From Gammaproteobacteria bacterium (GTDB taxonomy: Bacteria; Pseudomonadota; Gammaproteobacteria; SZUA-152): a stretch of 56,368 nt of DNA. Below are positions 8,678 through 19,181 of the stretch, piece by piece. The notes under the pieces are model-generated. The model ran no database searches. It saw only the letters and a program-made list of their open reading frames with translations, and was not told the origin of the DNA. Within the stretch, counting starts at the first letter, position 1. Every line of letters starts with the position of its first letter. The stretch is taken from positions 1 through 56,368 of the forward strand of contig JAADIL010000267.1 of the NCBI GenBank assembly GCA_013151355.1, given 5' to 3'. The position numbers were made by a program, and so were the translations under genes.

Positions 8678-11471
8678 ACCCGTCCAGTTTTGTTTTTCGT
8701 TGGTATCTCACGGGAAATAACTTCTTGAGTTGTGTATGGCTTTTTTGAATCCACTCATCATAAATATCATTTTTAACGTAAGTCAGGTTGATTTCATAGA
8801 ACTCGATGGCCTTTTCTTCAAACGGGAAAGCCTGATCTTCGAGTAATATTTGATATTGATCCAGTTCATCATTATTCAGGTTTTCAGGGCGTTCCGAATC
8901 AAGCAGGGCAATGCTGAATTCATTGTATATGTCTGCAATTGAATGAGTTGCTTCTGTGGCAGTTTCAGCCACATTATAGGATGATGCGCGCCCATATAAA
9001 TTAACTGCGCGTTGCATGGCATTTTTTTTCTTTTTCAGACTTTTCTTTAACGGTAGTCGCAGTTTGGCATTGGTAAAGTCAACATGACTGTTTCGTGCCA
9101 GGTACAAGGCGGCAGAGGAGGCGATAAATCGGGTGCGATCGGACCCCGGTGAGTTTGAGAGCTTTTTGTCTTCCTGGATAATTTTATTTTGCCACAAATT
9201 AACTTTTACAGGGTTATCGTTTAATTCATACAGTGTGACGAGTTTAAACATGGATTCCATGTACTGCGGAAAAGGACGGCGGAAATTTCTTGCATATTTT
9301 TCAAATGAGCGTATGGCTGATTGATAATCTTTATTTGATTCATAGAGTTCACCAGCTTTCCATAAGGCAGCAAGGCGGTATTCTTTGTCCTGTTTATTAT
9401 CGGCCAGTTTTTCAAGTTCTCTTGCTGCTGCGATATCCTGCCTGGAGTTCAGGTAGGCGACAGTCAGTTTTTTGGCAACATCATATGCATTTTTGTGATG
9501 AGGATATAAACGTTGAAATTCTTTGATGTGTTTTATTGACTTGTTCCAAAGGTCTTTTTGCATGGCTAATGAAATAGCGTCATACATACCGGTTGCTGAA
9601 ATTTCTGAAGTGGGTGCGACTTGTGCGATTCGGCTATAGTGTTGAATTGCAGTAGAAATTTCCCCCTTTTCATGGGCAGATTTTCCCTGATAATAAATTG
9701 CCAGGGCCAGGCCATCAATGATAGATGAATCGTTTTTTTGGATTAAATCATAATCTCTTAATATGGTGCGATATATGTTTTCAGAATCCTCATATTGTTC
9801 CAGTTTAAAATATGAGTGTGCTTTTATGGTATTAATTTTTATCGCCATTGAACTGTTAATGCTGTTGGTTGCCAGTTCTGCCAGCATTATCGTTTCTTTG
9901 AACATGTTGTTTTTATAGGCAAGCTCACTGGCATGGGTAATAATATTGGCTGTTCGTTTATCATTTGGGTACTGTTGGCCATAAAGGGTAGAAAAATGGA
10001 TAAGTTTGTTCACCCAAAATAATATATCATCATTGTTTTTTTCTGAAGCGGATAGTTTTGATGCCAGTAAAACAGATTCATATGCAGAGTTCTTGTCAAT
10101 GATGATGTTTGAATCATAAGCGGCAAGCTCATAATGCTTTAAAGCGTCTGTGTTGTTTTTATTCTCGGCAAGAAGAGATGCATATAAATAATGGATATTA
10201 TCTTTCCTGGAATAAGAAGAATAATGTGCAAGATAATTCTCATACCATCGTTTGGTATTGGAATAATCCGTTACTTTGTGTGTTTTCAGGTATTTTTCAT
10301 GATAATTCGCCGTTATTGTCAGGATGTGTTGCCGAAGATCATTTTTTACCCGTTTAAAAATTCGTTGATCTATATTTTTTCTTGTTTTCCAGTATTTGCT
10401 GTCAGGGTGGTAAATAACATAAAAAGATTCCAGTGCGGTATTCATTCTTGAGGGAAAACCACCAGATTTCCAGATGTCGATGACTTTTAACAAGGCCTCT
10501 GGTACATAATCAGATTCGGGGTTTTGTTTTGAAAAATGTTGCAGGGCCAGTACCGCGTCATTTTTTCGGTCTTCTTTTATATAAAGATTGCTCAGGTGAG
10601 CGTATACGTAATATAAGTGTTTAAAATCAGGGTTGTTCTTAAAGTAAGAGTCGAGTGACTTTGCACCGCCCATATATGAGAATGAAAGACTGATAGCGCG
10701 GAAATATTCGTTAAACAGGTCTTTTTTTATGTCATTGAGTTTTTGGAATTCATCAAATTTGTTGAGTTCCACTGTTTGCAAAAAATCATCAACAGCTTCG
10801 AAATAAAATTCCTGTTTAAAACGGGCCCATCCGCGTTTGTATAGCGATTTTTCATAAAAAACACTACTCTTTTTTGAGCCAATGACTTCAGTATATTTAT
10901 CTTCAGCGAGGGAATATTTTTTGTTACTAAATGCATTTTCAGCAAGACGGAACTGACTTTCAGTATAATATTTTGATTTTTGGTGTTTTTTGGCCAGTTT
11001 TTTCAAGGTGGCGTGGGTATTTTTAGAATCACCTTTTTGGTCATAGGCTTTAGCCAGCTGGTACAGTTTTTTATCATTATTTTTATCGTCAGGATAATCA
11101 CGTAATGCGGTGCCAAGAAGTTCGATTGTTCTGTCCAGTTTTGCATTGTAAAGATTGTCATCCGCCATCTCGACCGCATCACTGTTTTGATCATTTTTAT
11201 TTTTTAATATTTGTTCGGATAATTTAAATTCCAGTGCGGCGAGTCTGCCAAGTGCATCAACCCTTGATTTATCATTTTTAGAAGCATGTTTCAGATATGT
11301 CGCGTAGGCTTTGCGAATATCATCACTTGATTTGGAAACAGGGTATGCCCCGTTTTTGGTTTCTTGTGCTGTATTGATATCAAGATCGGCTAATGTTGAT
11401 CGTTTTACCGAAGGACTGCTGCATGCGGTCAATAGGGGAATGACAGAAAGAAAAATTAATATGCTACGCAT
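8658..11471 (-). CDS. Large TPR-repeat lipoprotein (937 aa)
   Basis: It has a lipobox (LLTACSS) and many BamD/YbgF-style TPR units (..LYQLAKAYDQKGD.., ..ALWKAGELYESNKDYQSAIRSFEKY..). The gene is very AT-rich. Confidence 0.8.
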   Translation of the reverse strand: MRSILIFLSVIPLLTACSSPSVKRSTLADLDINTAQETKNGAYPVSKSSDDIRKAYATYLKHASKNDKSRVDALGRLAALEFKLSEQILKNKNDQNSDAVEMADDNLYNAKLDRTIELLGTALRDYPDDKNNDKKLYQLAKAYDQKGDSKNTHATLKKLAKKHQKSKYYTESQFRLAENAFSNKKYSLAEDKYTEVIGSKKSSVFYEKSLYKRGWARFKQEFYFEAVDDFLQTVELNKFDEFQKLNDIKKDLFNEYFRAISLSFSYMGGAKSLDSYFKNNPDFKHLYYVYAHLSNLYIKEDRKNDAVLALQHFSKQNPESDYVPEALLKVIDIWKSGGFPSRMNTALESFYVIYHPDSKYWKTRKNIDQRIFKRVKNDLRQHILTITANYHEKYLKTHKVTDYSNTKRWYENYLAHYSSYSRKDNIHYLYASLLAENKNNTDALKHYELAAYDSNIIIDKNSAYESVLLASKLSASEKNNDDILFWVNKLIHFSTLYGQQYPNDKRTANIITHASELAYKNNMFKETIMLAELATNSINSSMAIKINTIKAHSYFKLEQYEDSENIYRTILRDYDLIQKNDSSIIDGLALAIYYQGKSAHEKGEISTAIQHYSRIAQVAPTSEISATGMYDAISLAMQKDLWNKSIKHIKEFQRLYPHHKNAYDVAKKLTVAYLNSRQDIAAARELEKLADNKQDKEYRLAALWKAGELYESNKDYQSAIRSFEKYARNFRRPFPQYMESMFKLVTLYELNDNPVKVNLWQNKIIQEDKKLSNSPGSDRTRFIASSAALYLARNSHVDFTNAKLRLPLKKSLKKKKNAMQRAVNLYGRASSYNVAETATEATHSIADIYNEFSIALLDSERPENLNNDELDQYQILLEDQAFPFEEKAIEFYEINLTYVKNDIYDEWIQKSHTQLKKLFPVRYQRKTKLDGYVNVLH

Positions 11472-11476
11472 GATCG

Positions 11477-12946
11477 TTAGTTATCAATCAAATTGTTATC
11501 ATAAAGTCTGGCCAAACCAAACCTTGATTGGCCCATATAACTGTCAAGTCGTTTAATCCTTTTTCTGAGTATGTTACGAATCATTTTTATAATAACGGTT
11601 TTGTATTCATTGTTTAACTGGTCATATTCCATTCTAATATTTTTATTATCGATACGTTTGAAGTATTTTTCATAGGACTTAAACTCCAAATAATTTTCCA
11701 AAAAATAATCAGGGTATTCCCCGGAAAAATTAACCAGGTTATTGTTTATTTCAAGTATGGTGTTGATGTTTGTGCTGACTGGGTAGTTTTCCAGGCTGAT
11801 TTCAGAATTGATAATTGATTGTATATCTGCAATTCTTTTTTGATAGTAATTAATCGCCTCCAGATATCCAGCGGATGCTGTTGTGGGTTGTTGTAGTTTT
11901 TCGTAAAAATAGGGAATAAGTAACCAGGATTCGTCAACAGGAAGTTCGTATGTTTGTTTATCCCTTAAAATATGTGCGGTACTTAAAGCACCTACAAAAT
12001 CATTTTGATTGGCTGCGGTAAGAGTAATTCCCAGTAGTGCCCGAGTGGCGAATACACTGTCTATGCTGATGTTACGAAAAAAACTTCTCGAGTCCCTATA
12101 ATATTCCTGGTTCATTAACGAGTAACCCAGTGTTAAATATAGTCGGTTAATCGCTTCTTCCTGTTTTAATGCTTCAGCTGATTTCAGGGCATTCTGTATA
12201 AGAATATGTCCATCACTCCACCAGCCTTGTTTGATGTTGGCTATCGCCATGTTCAATCTTGCAGAAATATAATATTTTGAAGTGGGGTCTATTTTTTCAT
12301 AAAATTCTATCGATTCCCGGTGCTTGTTCAGTTTTTGCAGTGATACTCCCTGCATTAATAAAGAATGATAGCGATTCTCACCTGGCAAGTCATTTATAAC
12401 CCCGTCAAGAAACTCCAGTGTTTTTTTCCATTTGTTTTGTTTGAATGAAAATGTTGCAAATATATAGGTTGTATTTGATATTAATGTTTGATCTCCTTCA
12501 TTATTAATTAATTCAAAAAGTGCATTAGCAGTTTTGGTGTCATTTTGATTTAACAAAATGCGAATTAAATAAAAAATATTTCTATCGTCATAATTTTCAT
12601 TCAATACCGCAATGTTATTAAATATAATATTTGCAGCAAGAATATTGTTGTTTTCGCTAACGTGTTTTTCTACTGCTGATAATAACGGCTTTATTTGTTT
12701 ATATTTTTTGGAAGGCCATTGTGGTTGGGTTAACAGGAATGTCTGAAAATGACGAGAGAATAATTGGCGTTTACGGTCTGTTGATTCTATTAATGCATTT
12801 ATATCATCTGGTGTGTCAGTTAGTGCAGAATGCGACACTGCAGAAAATAGCAGTGTCGCCATAATGAACACAATTATTGTAAATATAGTTGTCGTATATT
12901 TAATCGTTTGATGATCTTTACGGGATGTTTTATCTGTGTGCAGCAT
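11477..12946 (-). CDS. Membrane-anchored TPR-like helical-repeat protein (489 aa)
   Basis: It has an N-terminal hydrophobic anchor (TIFTIIVFIMATLLFSAV) followed by helical-repeat sequence. It lies 6 nt upstream of the 937-aa gene and 66 nt downstream of clpV. Confidence 0.7.
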   Translation of the reverse strand: MLHTDKTSRKDHQTIKYTTTIFTIIVFIMATLLFSAVSHSALTDTPDDINALIESTDRKRQLFSRHFQTFLLTQPQWPSKKYKQIKPLLSAVEKHVSENNNILAANIIFNNIAVLNENYDDRNIFYLIRILLNQNDTKTANALFELINNEGDQTLISNTTYIFATFSFKQNKWKKTLEFLDGVINDLPGENRYHSLLMQGVSLQKLNKHRESIEFYEKIDPTSKYYISARLNMAIANIKQGWWSDGHILIQNALKSAEALKQEEAINRLYLTLGYSLMNQEYYRDSRSFFRNISIDSVFATRALLGITLTAANQNDFVGALSTAHILRDKQTYELPVDESWLLIPYFYEKLQQPTTASAGYLEAINYYQKRIADIQSIINSEISLENYPVSTNINTILEINNNLVNFSGEYPDYFLENYLEFKSYEKYFKRIDNKNIRMEYDQLNNEYKTVIIKMIRNILRKRIKRLDSYMGQSRFGLARLYDNNLIDN

Positions 12947-13012
12947 GTTTTAAATAATAAGTATTGTGAAAATAGATGTGTGTATTTTTCTTTCAGTATT
13001 AGTTAAAAAGCA

Positions 13013-15703
13013 TCAGGATACGGCGTAAGTAAATTGGCCGTCATCAGTCACGCCGACATGAATGCTGGATATTTCTTTTCCTTCCGCCAGTTTTGACAGG
13101 CATTCTGTTGCCATTTCAGGCAATAAGGTACGACTCAGAATATTTTCAATATTTCTGGCACCGGTGTCGACTTCCTGGCTACGTGCGACGATATGCAACA
13201 TGACGTCATCATGGTAACTGAATGCCGCATCATAATGACCTTTGATTCTTTTTTCTATTCTGCGCATATTAATTTTACAGATTTTGAGCAGGTCTTCATC
13301 GCCAAGTGGATAATAGGGAATTATGGTTGTTCTGCCCAAAAATGCAGGTTTGAAGAAATTTAACAGTTGAGGTCTGAAGTTATCCAACAGTACATCCGGG
13401 GATGGCAGTTCTTCGCTTTGTGAACATATTGCACGAATATGTTCTTCACCGGCATTGGAGGTCATGATGATAATGGTATTACGGAAGTCGATATCCCGGC
13501 CTTCACCATCTTTGATGGTACCCTTGTCAAACAGGTTATAAAATATATCCTGTACGCCGGGATGAGCCTTTTCCATTTCATCCAGTAAAAGCACACTGTA
13601 TGGTTTTCTGCGAACGGCTTCAGTGAGTACTCCGCCTTCACCATAGCCTACATACCCCGGTGGTGAACCTAACAACATTGATATTTTATGTTCTTCTTTA
13701 AACTCAGACATATTGATAGTGGAAATATTATGTTCTCCACCATATAAAGTATCGGCCAATGCCAGTGCGGATTCGGTTTTACCGACGCCGCTGGGGCCCA
13801 CCATAAGAAAGACTCCTATGGGTTTTCGAGGATCGGTTAAACCGGCTCTTGATGTGCGAATATTTTCAGCAAGGGCATTTAGTGCATGAGGTTGACCGAT
13901 GACACGATTACCCAATGCATCGGCAAGTTTCAGTATTGCGTCAATTTCATCAGAGACCATTTTTCCGACAGGGATACCGGTCCAGTTGGCAACCACTTCT
14001 GCAATGGCCTGACTCCCCACATTGACCTGGATCATCGGATTGTCACCCTGGATGTCGTCCAGTTTACTCATTAAACTGTGTAATTCAGTTTTAATATTTT
14101 TCAGGTCATTGTCACTGAGTAATGCTGGTGCATTATCTTTTTTGAGTTCATCTTCGGGCAATGATTGGGCGTGGTAATCATTTTCGATTTGTTTTTGTAG
14201 CTGATGTATTTCTTCAACTTTATTTTTTTCCTTGCCCCATTGTTCTTTTTGTTCCTTCAGGAGGAGCTCATTTTTCTGAAGTTCGGTTTTTAATCCAGCA
14301 ATTCTTTCTTCGCAATTACCCAGGGTTGCATTTTCACGTTCAAGTGAAGTTATGTTGGTCTGGCACTGTGTGATAGTTCGTCGTGTATCTTCAACCGCTG
14401 CCGGTGTTGCGCTCTGGCTGAGTGAGACCCGTGCGCAGGCGGTGTCCAGCAGACTGACGGATTTGTCCGGCAGTTGTCTGGCGGTAATATAACGACTTGA
14501 TAAACGAACAGAGTCAACAATGGCATCATCCATAATTTGTACACCATGATGACTTTGCAACATCACAGAAATAGCACGCATCATGTTGATTGCTTTTTCT
14601 TCGTCGGGTTCTTCGATTTTTACAATCTGGAAACGACGAGTGAGGGCAGGGTCCTTTTCAAAATATTTTTTATATTCTGCCCAGGTTGTTGCTGCGATAG
14701 TCCTTAATTCTCCTCGTGCCAACGCGGGTTTTAATAAATTTGCTGCATCTCCTTGTCCCTCTTTTCCTCCGGCACCTATTAATGTATGTGCTTCATCAAT
14801 AAACATGATGATCGGTTGCGGAGAGGCTTTGACTTCTGCGATGACAGATTTCAGCCGGTTTTCAAATTCACCTTTTACGCTTGCCCCGGCTTGCAGCAAG
14901 CCAAGGTCCAGGGAGCGTACCGATATTCCCCGTAATGGTTCGGGTACATCACCTGATGCAATCCTGAGCGCAAAGCCTTCCACGACAGCCGTTTTACCCA
15001 CACCGGCTTCTCCTGTCAGGATCGGGTTGTTTTGGCGTCTGCGAATCAGTATATCGATAATCTGCCGGATTTCTTCATCCCGGCCAAGAACGGCATCGAT
15101 TTTTCCCTGTTTTGCATCATCCGTTAAATTGACGGTGAATTTATCCAGGGCAGGTGTTTTGCTGGGTATGCCGGAGGCTGCTGTTCCTGTGGCACTTGTG
15201 GTGTCACCGGTTGCGGTGCTTTTTGATTCTGTGGTCGTGCCCACAATGGCACGCACAACTTCACGCAGGGATTCCGGCTGAATTTTTTTCAATTCACCTG
15301 AAGAGGCTTCGGTTGTTCTGCGAAGATTGTCATCCAGAATCAGGGCGGCAAGAATATGCGCTGAGGTGGCTATCGGATGAGCATATTCCACCGAGGCCAG
15401 CATCCAGGCATTTTTGGCAATATCAACGATGGTGGGGGAAAGTGCCGGAGCCCGGGTGTTTCCCGATTTGATTCTGTCGAGCTCCCGGTTTAAATCCTGC
15501 ATCAATTTACCCAGGTCAATTTCAAATTTATCGATAATAGACAGTACATCGCTATCCGGGATTTCCAGCAGTTTTAGTAACCAGTGTTCAATTTCAACAT
15601 TGTAGTGCGATCGCGACAGACATAATCCTGCGGCACCTTCCAATGCGTTCCGTGTTGGTTCGTTTAATTTTCCAACCAGTGATTTCAGGTCAATTGTTAT
15701 CAT
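13013..15703 (-). CDS. tssH: T6SS AAA+ ATPase ClpV (TssH)
   Basis: It has a Clp N-domain and two AAA+ modules with Walker A motifs GEAGVGKTA and GPSGVGKTE. It sits within the T6SS operon. Confidence 0.95.
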   Translation of the reverse strand: MITIDLKSLVGKLNEPTRNALEGAAGLCLSRSHYNVEIEHWLLKLLEIPDSDVLSIIDKFEIDLGKLMQDLNRELDRIKSGNTRAPALSPTIVDIAKNAWMLASVEYAHPIATSAHILAALILDDNLRRTTEASSGELKKIQPESLREVVRAIVGTTTESKSTATGDTTSATGTAASGIPSKTPALDKFTVNLTDDAKQGKIDAVLGRDEEIRQIIDILIRRRQNNPILTGEAGVGKTAVVEGFALRIASGDVPEPLRGISVRSLDLGLLQAGASVKGEFENRLKSVIAEVKASPQPIIMFIDEAHTLIGAGGKEGQGDAANLLKPALARGELRTIAATTWAEYKKYFEKDPALTRRFQIVKIEEPDEEKAINMMRAISVMLQSHHGVQIMDDAIVDSVRLSSRYITARQLPDKSVSLLDTACARVSLSQSATPAAVEDTRRTITQCQTNITSLERENATLGNCEERIAGLKTELQKNELLLKEQKEQWGKEKNKVEEIHQLQKQIENDYHAQSLPEDELKKDNAPALLSDNDLKNIKTELHSLMSKLDDIQGDNPMIQVNVGSQAIAEVVANWTGIPVGKMVSDEIDAILKLADALGNRVIGQPHALNALAENIRTSRAGLTDPRKPIGVFLMVGPSGVGKTESALALADTLYGGEHNISTINMSEFKEEHKISMLLGSPPGYVGYGEGGVLTEAVRRKPYSVLLLDEMEKAHPGVQDIFYNLFDKGTIKDGEGRDIDFRNTIIIMTSNAGEEHIRAICSQSEELPSPDVLLDNFRPQLLNFFKPAFLGRTTIIPYYPLGDEDLLKICKINMRRIEKRIKGHYDAAFSYHDDVMLHIVARSQEVDTGARNIENILSRTLLPEMATECLSKLAEGKEISSIHVGVTDDGQFTYAVS

Positions 15704-15785
15704 AATGATTCTCTTTTGTTTGCACTTTTATTTGCATTTTTGTTTTCAAAAATATTGAGGTCAATTACATTTCAACATTTCTTGT

Positions 15786-16892
15786 TTAATTAAATCGCCC
15801 GGAGGATACAGGGATGTCAACGGTTTCATTCAAGTCCGTATGATTGTTTTCTTTGCTGGCCAGCCAGGTATTCCACCCCATGACAAGCGGTTTTTTTTCT
15901 GAAAGGCTGATTTTTTTCGGAATATCTTTTTTCTTTATTTTCATAACAAAATCGTAATCATGTTCAATTCCAACGTACAGGCGTACTATTTCATCAAGTG
16001 CTTTCAGGGTGTTTGTGCCTGGAGAAAACTGATGAAGTTGCGATTTGTTCAAAGGGCCCAGGACGATTCTTATTTTTCCCTGAGAAAACCAGCCTTTCCG
16101 GCCAAGCATGACGGATTTCCCAAGGCAATTGTTAAAGCCGACATGCTTGCCTGATAGTCGGGTTCTTACATCGGGAATTAAATCCTGCCATTGCCCGATG
16201 AATTCTTTTACTTCAACAGAAATACTAAAATGATTTTGAAGTATCTGTTGTAAACCGGATGCCGTGCGTATTTTTTCTGTCAATAAACCGGAATAGAATA
16301 TGAGCGATTCGTCTTTTGTATATAATCGATTTGATAAGTATTTTGTGCCAAAACCAATCAGGGATAAAATGGCCTGGGTATAATTATCCGATACATGATC
16401 TCCATTAGGGTATAGTCGTTTCTTTTCGTAATTCAGGGGAAAATTATATTTGCAAGATGCCTGATAAAATAACGATGTGGTTCGATGATTGAAGATATCA
16501 AAGAAGTCTGCCATTGAGCTGTCTTTGAGTTTTAATCGCTGTAGAACCGTTTCTGTGTAATGGAAGGGTAGAATTCCACTACTGCCAGTTAATCCAATAA
16601 AATTTACATTCATTCTCCATTGTTTGATATCGGTATCTATATTATATTTTTTAATGGTTCGAATATCAGATGATGGAAATGAAAATGAAGAGTTGGCCTT
16701 AAAGCGTATAAATTCTGAAGAGGGCGGCATGTATTTGGCGACAGGTTTATTTGACATGCTCTCCCCCTTTGTTTTTTCAAAAACAGAAGAGCGTTCCAAT
16801 AAACGCACTGCTTGACTAAAACCGAAGTCAAAAGGGCGGTCAGCAAGATGTTCTATTACAGAAATGTTTTTTCGCCGGATCTTGGTGGACAT
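15786..16892 (-). CDS. tssG: T6SS baseplate protein TssG
   Basis: The N-terminus is family-typical (FDFGFSQAVRLLE). It lies directly after tssF, with overlapping ends. Confidence 0.9.
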   Translation of the reverse strand: MSTKIRRKNISVIEHLADRPFDFGFSQAVRLLERSSVFEKTKGESMSNKPVAKYMPPSSEFIRFKANSSFSFPSSDIRTIKKYNIDTDIKQWRMNVNFIGLTGSSGILPFHYTETVLQRLKLKDSSMADFFDIFNHRTTSLFYQASCKYNFPLNYEKKRLYPNGDHVSDNYTQAILSLIGFGTKYLSNRLYTKDESLIFYSGLLTEKIRTASGLQQILQNHFSISVEVKEFIGQWQDLIPDVRTRLSGKHVGFNNCLGKSVMLGRKGWFSQGKIRIVLGPLNKSQLHQFSPGTNTLKALDEIVRLYVGIEHDYDFVMKIKKKDIPKKISLSEKKPLVMGWNTWLASKENNHTDLNETVDIPVSSGRFN

Positions 16893-18691
16893 TTTTTAAA
16901 ATAACCTTCTTTGCTTTTGATTTTTATGAGTAACCGGGTAAATGAGTTGATCGAGCAGTACAATGCAAAAAAATGTTCCAGTATGGTCGAAAAAAGATAG
17001 ACGCTGCTTCCTGTGAGGAGCGAGTCATCCAGTTTGATTTCAATTTCCATTCCCCTGCACATGGTTGCGTGCCCGTCTATATTCAAGGGGGCACTTATTG
17101 GTTTGGCCTGAACCGCCATTATGGATTCGATGAGTGCACGGGTGACGGAGGATTCTTTAAAATCATATAACCGGAGTATTTCTTTTAATGCCATTGTTGC
17201 ATCTTTACCTCCCGTTAACGATAAATGGTTCAGATTAAGGTGAGAGAGTAATCTCCAGCGTGCATGATCTCGCAATGGTGCCCGAATAACCTGGGTTGGT
17301 TGTATCAGGCAACGGATATTTGAACAGGGCGGTGCGCTGTCGACACACTGTAATTTTGGCTGATCTACCGAAAATGGAAGTTTTGCAGGCAGGTCACGAT
17401 TACTGCACATTGTTTTGAGTGTCATGGTTCGGTCGTCAGGCAGGTTGGGATTAAACCCCAAATCGACCAGCGACAGATACATATCGGTTCCTTCATCGCG
17501 AGAAAATAACCCGGATTTTGAATCTTTTCGTGATGCAAACCAGAATGAATGTGTTTTGGTATTGTTTTGCGTATGGTTCATACCATAAAAAGGGGTGTAG
17601 TGTTCTTCTTCTCCTGAAGACGAAGTGGCAACAACTTCATCGACGGAGTAGATTTCATAACCTGTCGGGCGGCGGGCATCCGGAATAATTTGATACTCAT
17701 GCTGAGTGTGGTCCAGCTTGATTGGGTCAGCCGTGTGTTCAAACAGGTTGATGATGGGGGTGCAACCAGGCACAAAGCTTTCTGCGGAAACATTGTGTTC
17801 CAGCTCTACGTTAGAAGCATTTAAATAGAGGTATAAATCCAGCGTATTGCCCGCATTGTGGGGTATTTTATCCGCGATTCCTGTTATATCAATAAACATA
17901 AACTTTTCAGGAAAAGTGAAATATTCGGTTAATAAACGATATCCGATAAAGGATGAGGCCGGGTAGGGGAGTAAGCCATCTTCAATACCAAAGCCAACGG
18001 GCCTGATGCTGTCACAGCCCAAAAAAACAGGTGCTGTATCTGTTTCTGATAACGCCAGCACGGTGTTATTGCAACTATTCAGCAGCATTTGGTAAAGGGG
18101 GTTAACGTGTTGAGCCTGGCCCTTCAGGTAAAATCGCAGTTTCTCTGGTTTCAAGTCTGAAAAAGATATTTCTTCAGAGAATGTTGATAGTGACAATTTT
18201 AATACACTTTCAGCACCTGATATTTTTGCAGACCCTGGTGTGGAGAAAGGGCGGCCTATTAATGTTGCTGAAGTCACAGTAATCGGTAATAACTCAGTAT
18301 CATACAGAGTTGAAAATCGACAGTTTTCACCTTGAAATTGTTCTGTTTCAAGTAAAGCATTTTTTGGAATGATGTATTGCGAGTCCAGTAAATCTGTATT
18401 TGCTTCAAATTGTACTATGGACATTGAGGGTATGGGGCGCTGATAATGCGGGTACAAAATGCCGAGCAGGGCATCGCTCAGTTCAGGAAAATCATCATCG
18501 AGCTTATGTTGAATTCGTGCATTTAAAAAAGCAAAGCCTTCAATTAATCGAGAGACGTGAGGGTCTTCAATAGTGTCGCTGCTAATACTCAAGCGGCCGG
18601 CAATTTTAGGGTGCTCTTTTGCAAATTCAGCGCCTAACTGGCGCAAGTAGGCGAGCTCTTTTTCATAGTAGGGCAGTAATTCATCAGCCAT
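16856..18691 (-). CDS. tssF: T6SS baseplate protein TssF
   Basis: The N-terminus (LLPYYEKELAYLRQLGAEFAKEHPKIAGRL) is the TssF signature, and the 611-aa length fits. Confidence 0.95.
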   Translation of the reverse strand: MADELLPYYEKELAYLRQLGAEFAKEHPKIAGRLSISSDTIEDPHVSRLIEGFAFLNARIQHKLDDDFPELSDALLGILYPHYQRPIPSMSIVQFEANTDLLDSQYIIPKNALLETEQFQGENCRFSTLYDTELLPITVTSATLIGRPFSTPGSAKISGAESVLKLSLSTFSEEISFSDLKPEKLRFYLKGQAQHVNPLYQMLLNSCNNTVLALSETDTAPVFLGCDSIRPVGFGIEDGLLPYPASSFIGYRLLTEYFTFPEKFMFIDITGIADKIPHNAGNTLDLYLYLNASNVELEHNVSAESFVPGCTPIINLFEHTADPIKLDHTQHEYQIIPDARRPTGYEIYSVDEVVATSSSGEEEHYTPFYGMNHTQNNTKTHSFWFASRKDSKSGLFSRDEGTDMYLSLVDLGFNPNLPDDRTMTLKTMCSNRDLPAKLPFSVDQPKLQCVDSAPPCSNIRCLIQPTQVIRAPLRDHARWRLLSHLNLNHLSLTGGKDATMALKEILRLYDFKESSVTRALIESIMAVQAKPISAPLNIDGHATMCRGMEIEIKLDDSLLTGSSVYLFSTILEHFFALYCSINSFTRLLIKIKSKEGYFKKCPPRSGEKTFL

Positions 18692-19178
18692 GACTTATTT
18701 CCTTCACACTGACCGTTCTGGTGACGGACTCAAGAATTGAATCAAATACAACAATTTCCGGCAATGGGTCTGCATAAATAACAGCATCGATTCTAAATCG
18801 TAAGGTTCGGTCAGTTTTATCGAAATTTTCCAAAAAAGATACCTTTACAGATTTAAACCTGGGTTCAAAATAATTGAGCGTTTGCTCCAGTTTTCGGGAA
18901 AACTCATTTCGTTTTTCAATGTCAATAATGTTGACGGTGGCCAGGTCGGGCAGCCCGTAGTTTAATAATGACTTGTCGAGTTCCGGAAAATTGTCAGGTG
19001 GCTCTGAAATATAAAAACGTGTATTCAGCAAAAACTCAAGGTCTCGACGAATACTGTTGCGTAACTGTTTTAATATTTGATGGTTAGAATCACTGTCTGT
19101 TTTGTTATGTGTTTCATTATCAAAAAGTCGATCCAGAACGGATGGGCGTAATTTTTTCTTTTTATCGACGCGTGCCAT
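18684..19178 (-). CDS. tssE: T6SS baseplate protein TssE (gp25-like)
   Basis: The size fits and the sequence is gp25/GPW-like (SVLDRL..LRNSIRRDLEFLLNTR). It lies between tssC' and tssF. Confidence 0.9.
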   Translation of the reverse strand: MARVDKKKKLRPSVLDRLFDNETHNKTDSDSNHQILKQLRNSIRRDLEFLLNTRFYISEPPDNFPELDKSLLNYGLPDLATVNIIDIEKRNEFSRKLEQTLNYFEPRFKSVKVSFLENFDKTDRTLRFRIDAVIYADPLPEIVVFDSILESVTRTVSVKEISHG

Positions 19179-19181
19179 TAT

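Noticed and set aside
14583-15281. A 232-aa plus-strand ORF inside clpV. Similar long antisense or alternate-frame ORFs occur elsewhere, for example 2128-2724, 39204-39743, 42006-42533, 47188-47940 and 21274-21651.
   Set aside because: Each lies entirely within a strongly supported gene on the other strand or frame. Their composition is low-complexity or Ser/Arg/Cys-skewed, and they lack start-site signals. They are shadow ORFs.
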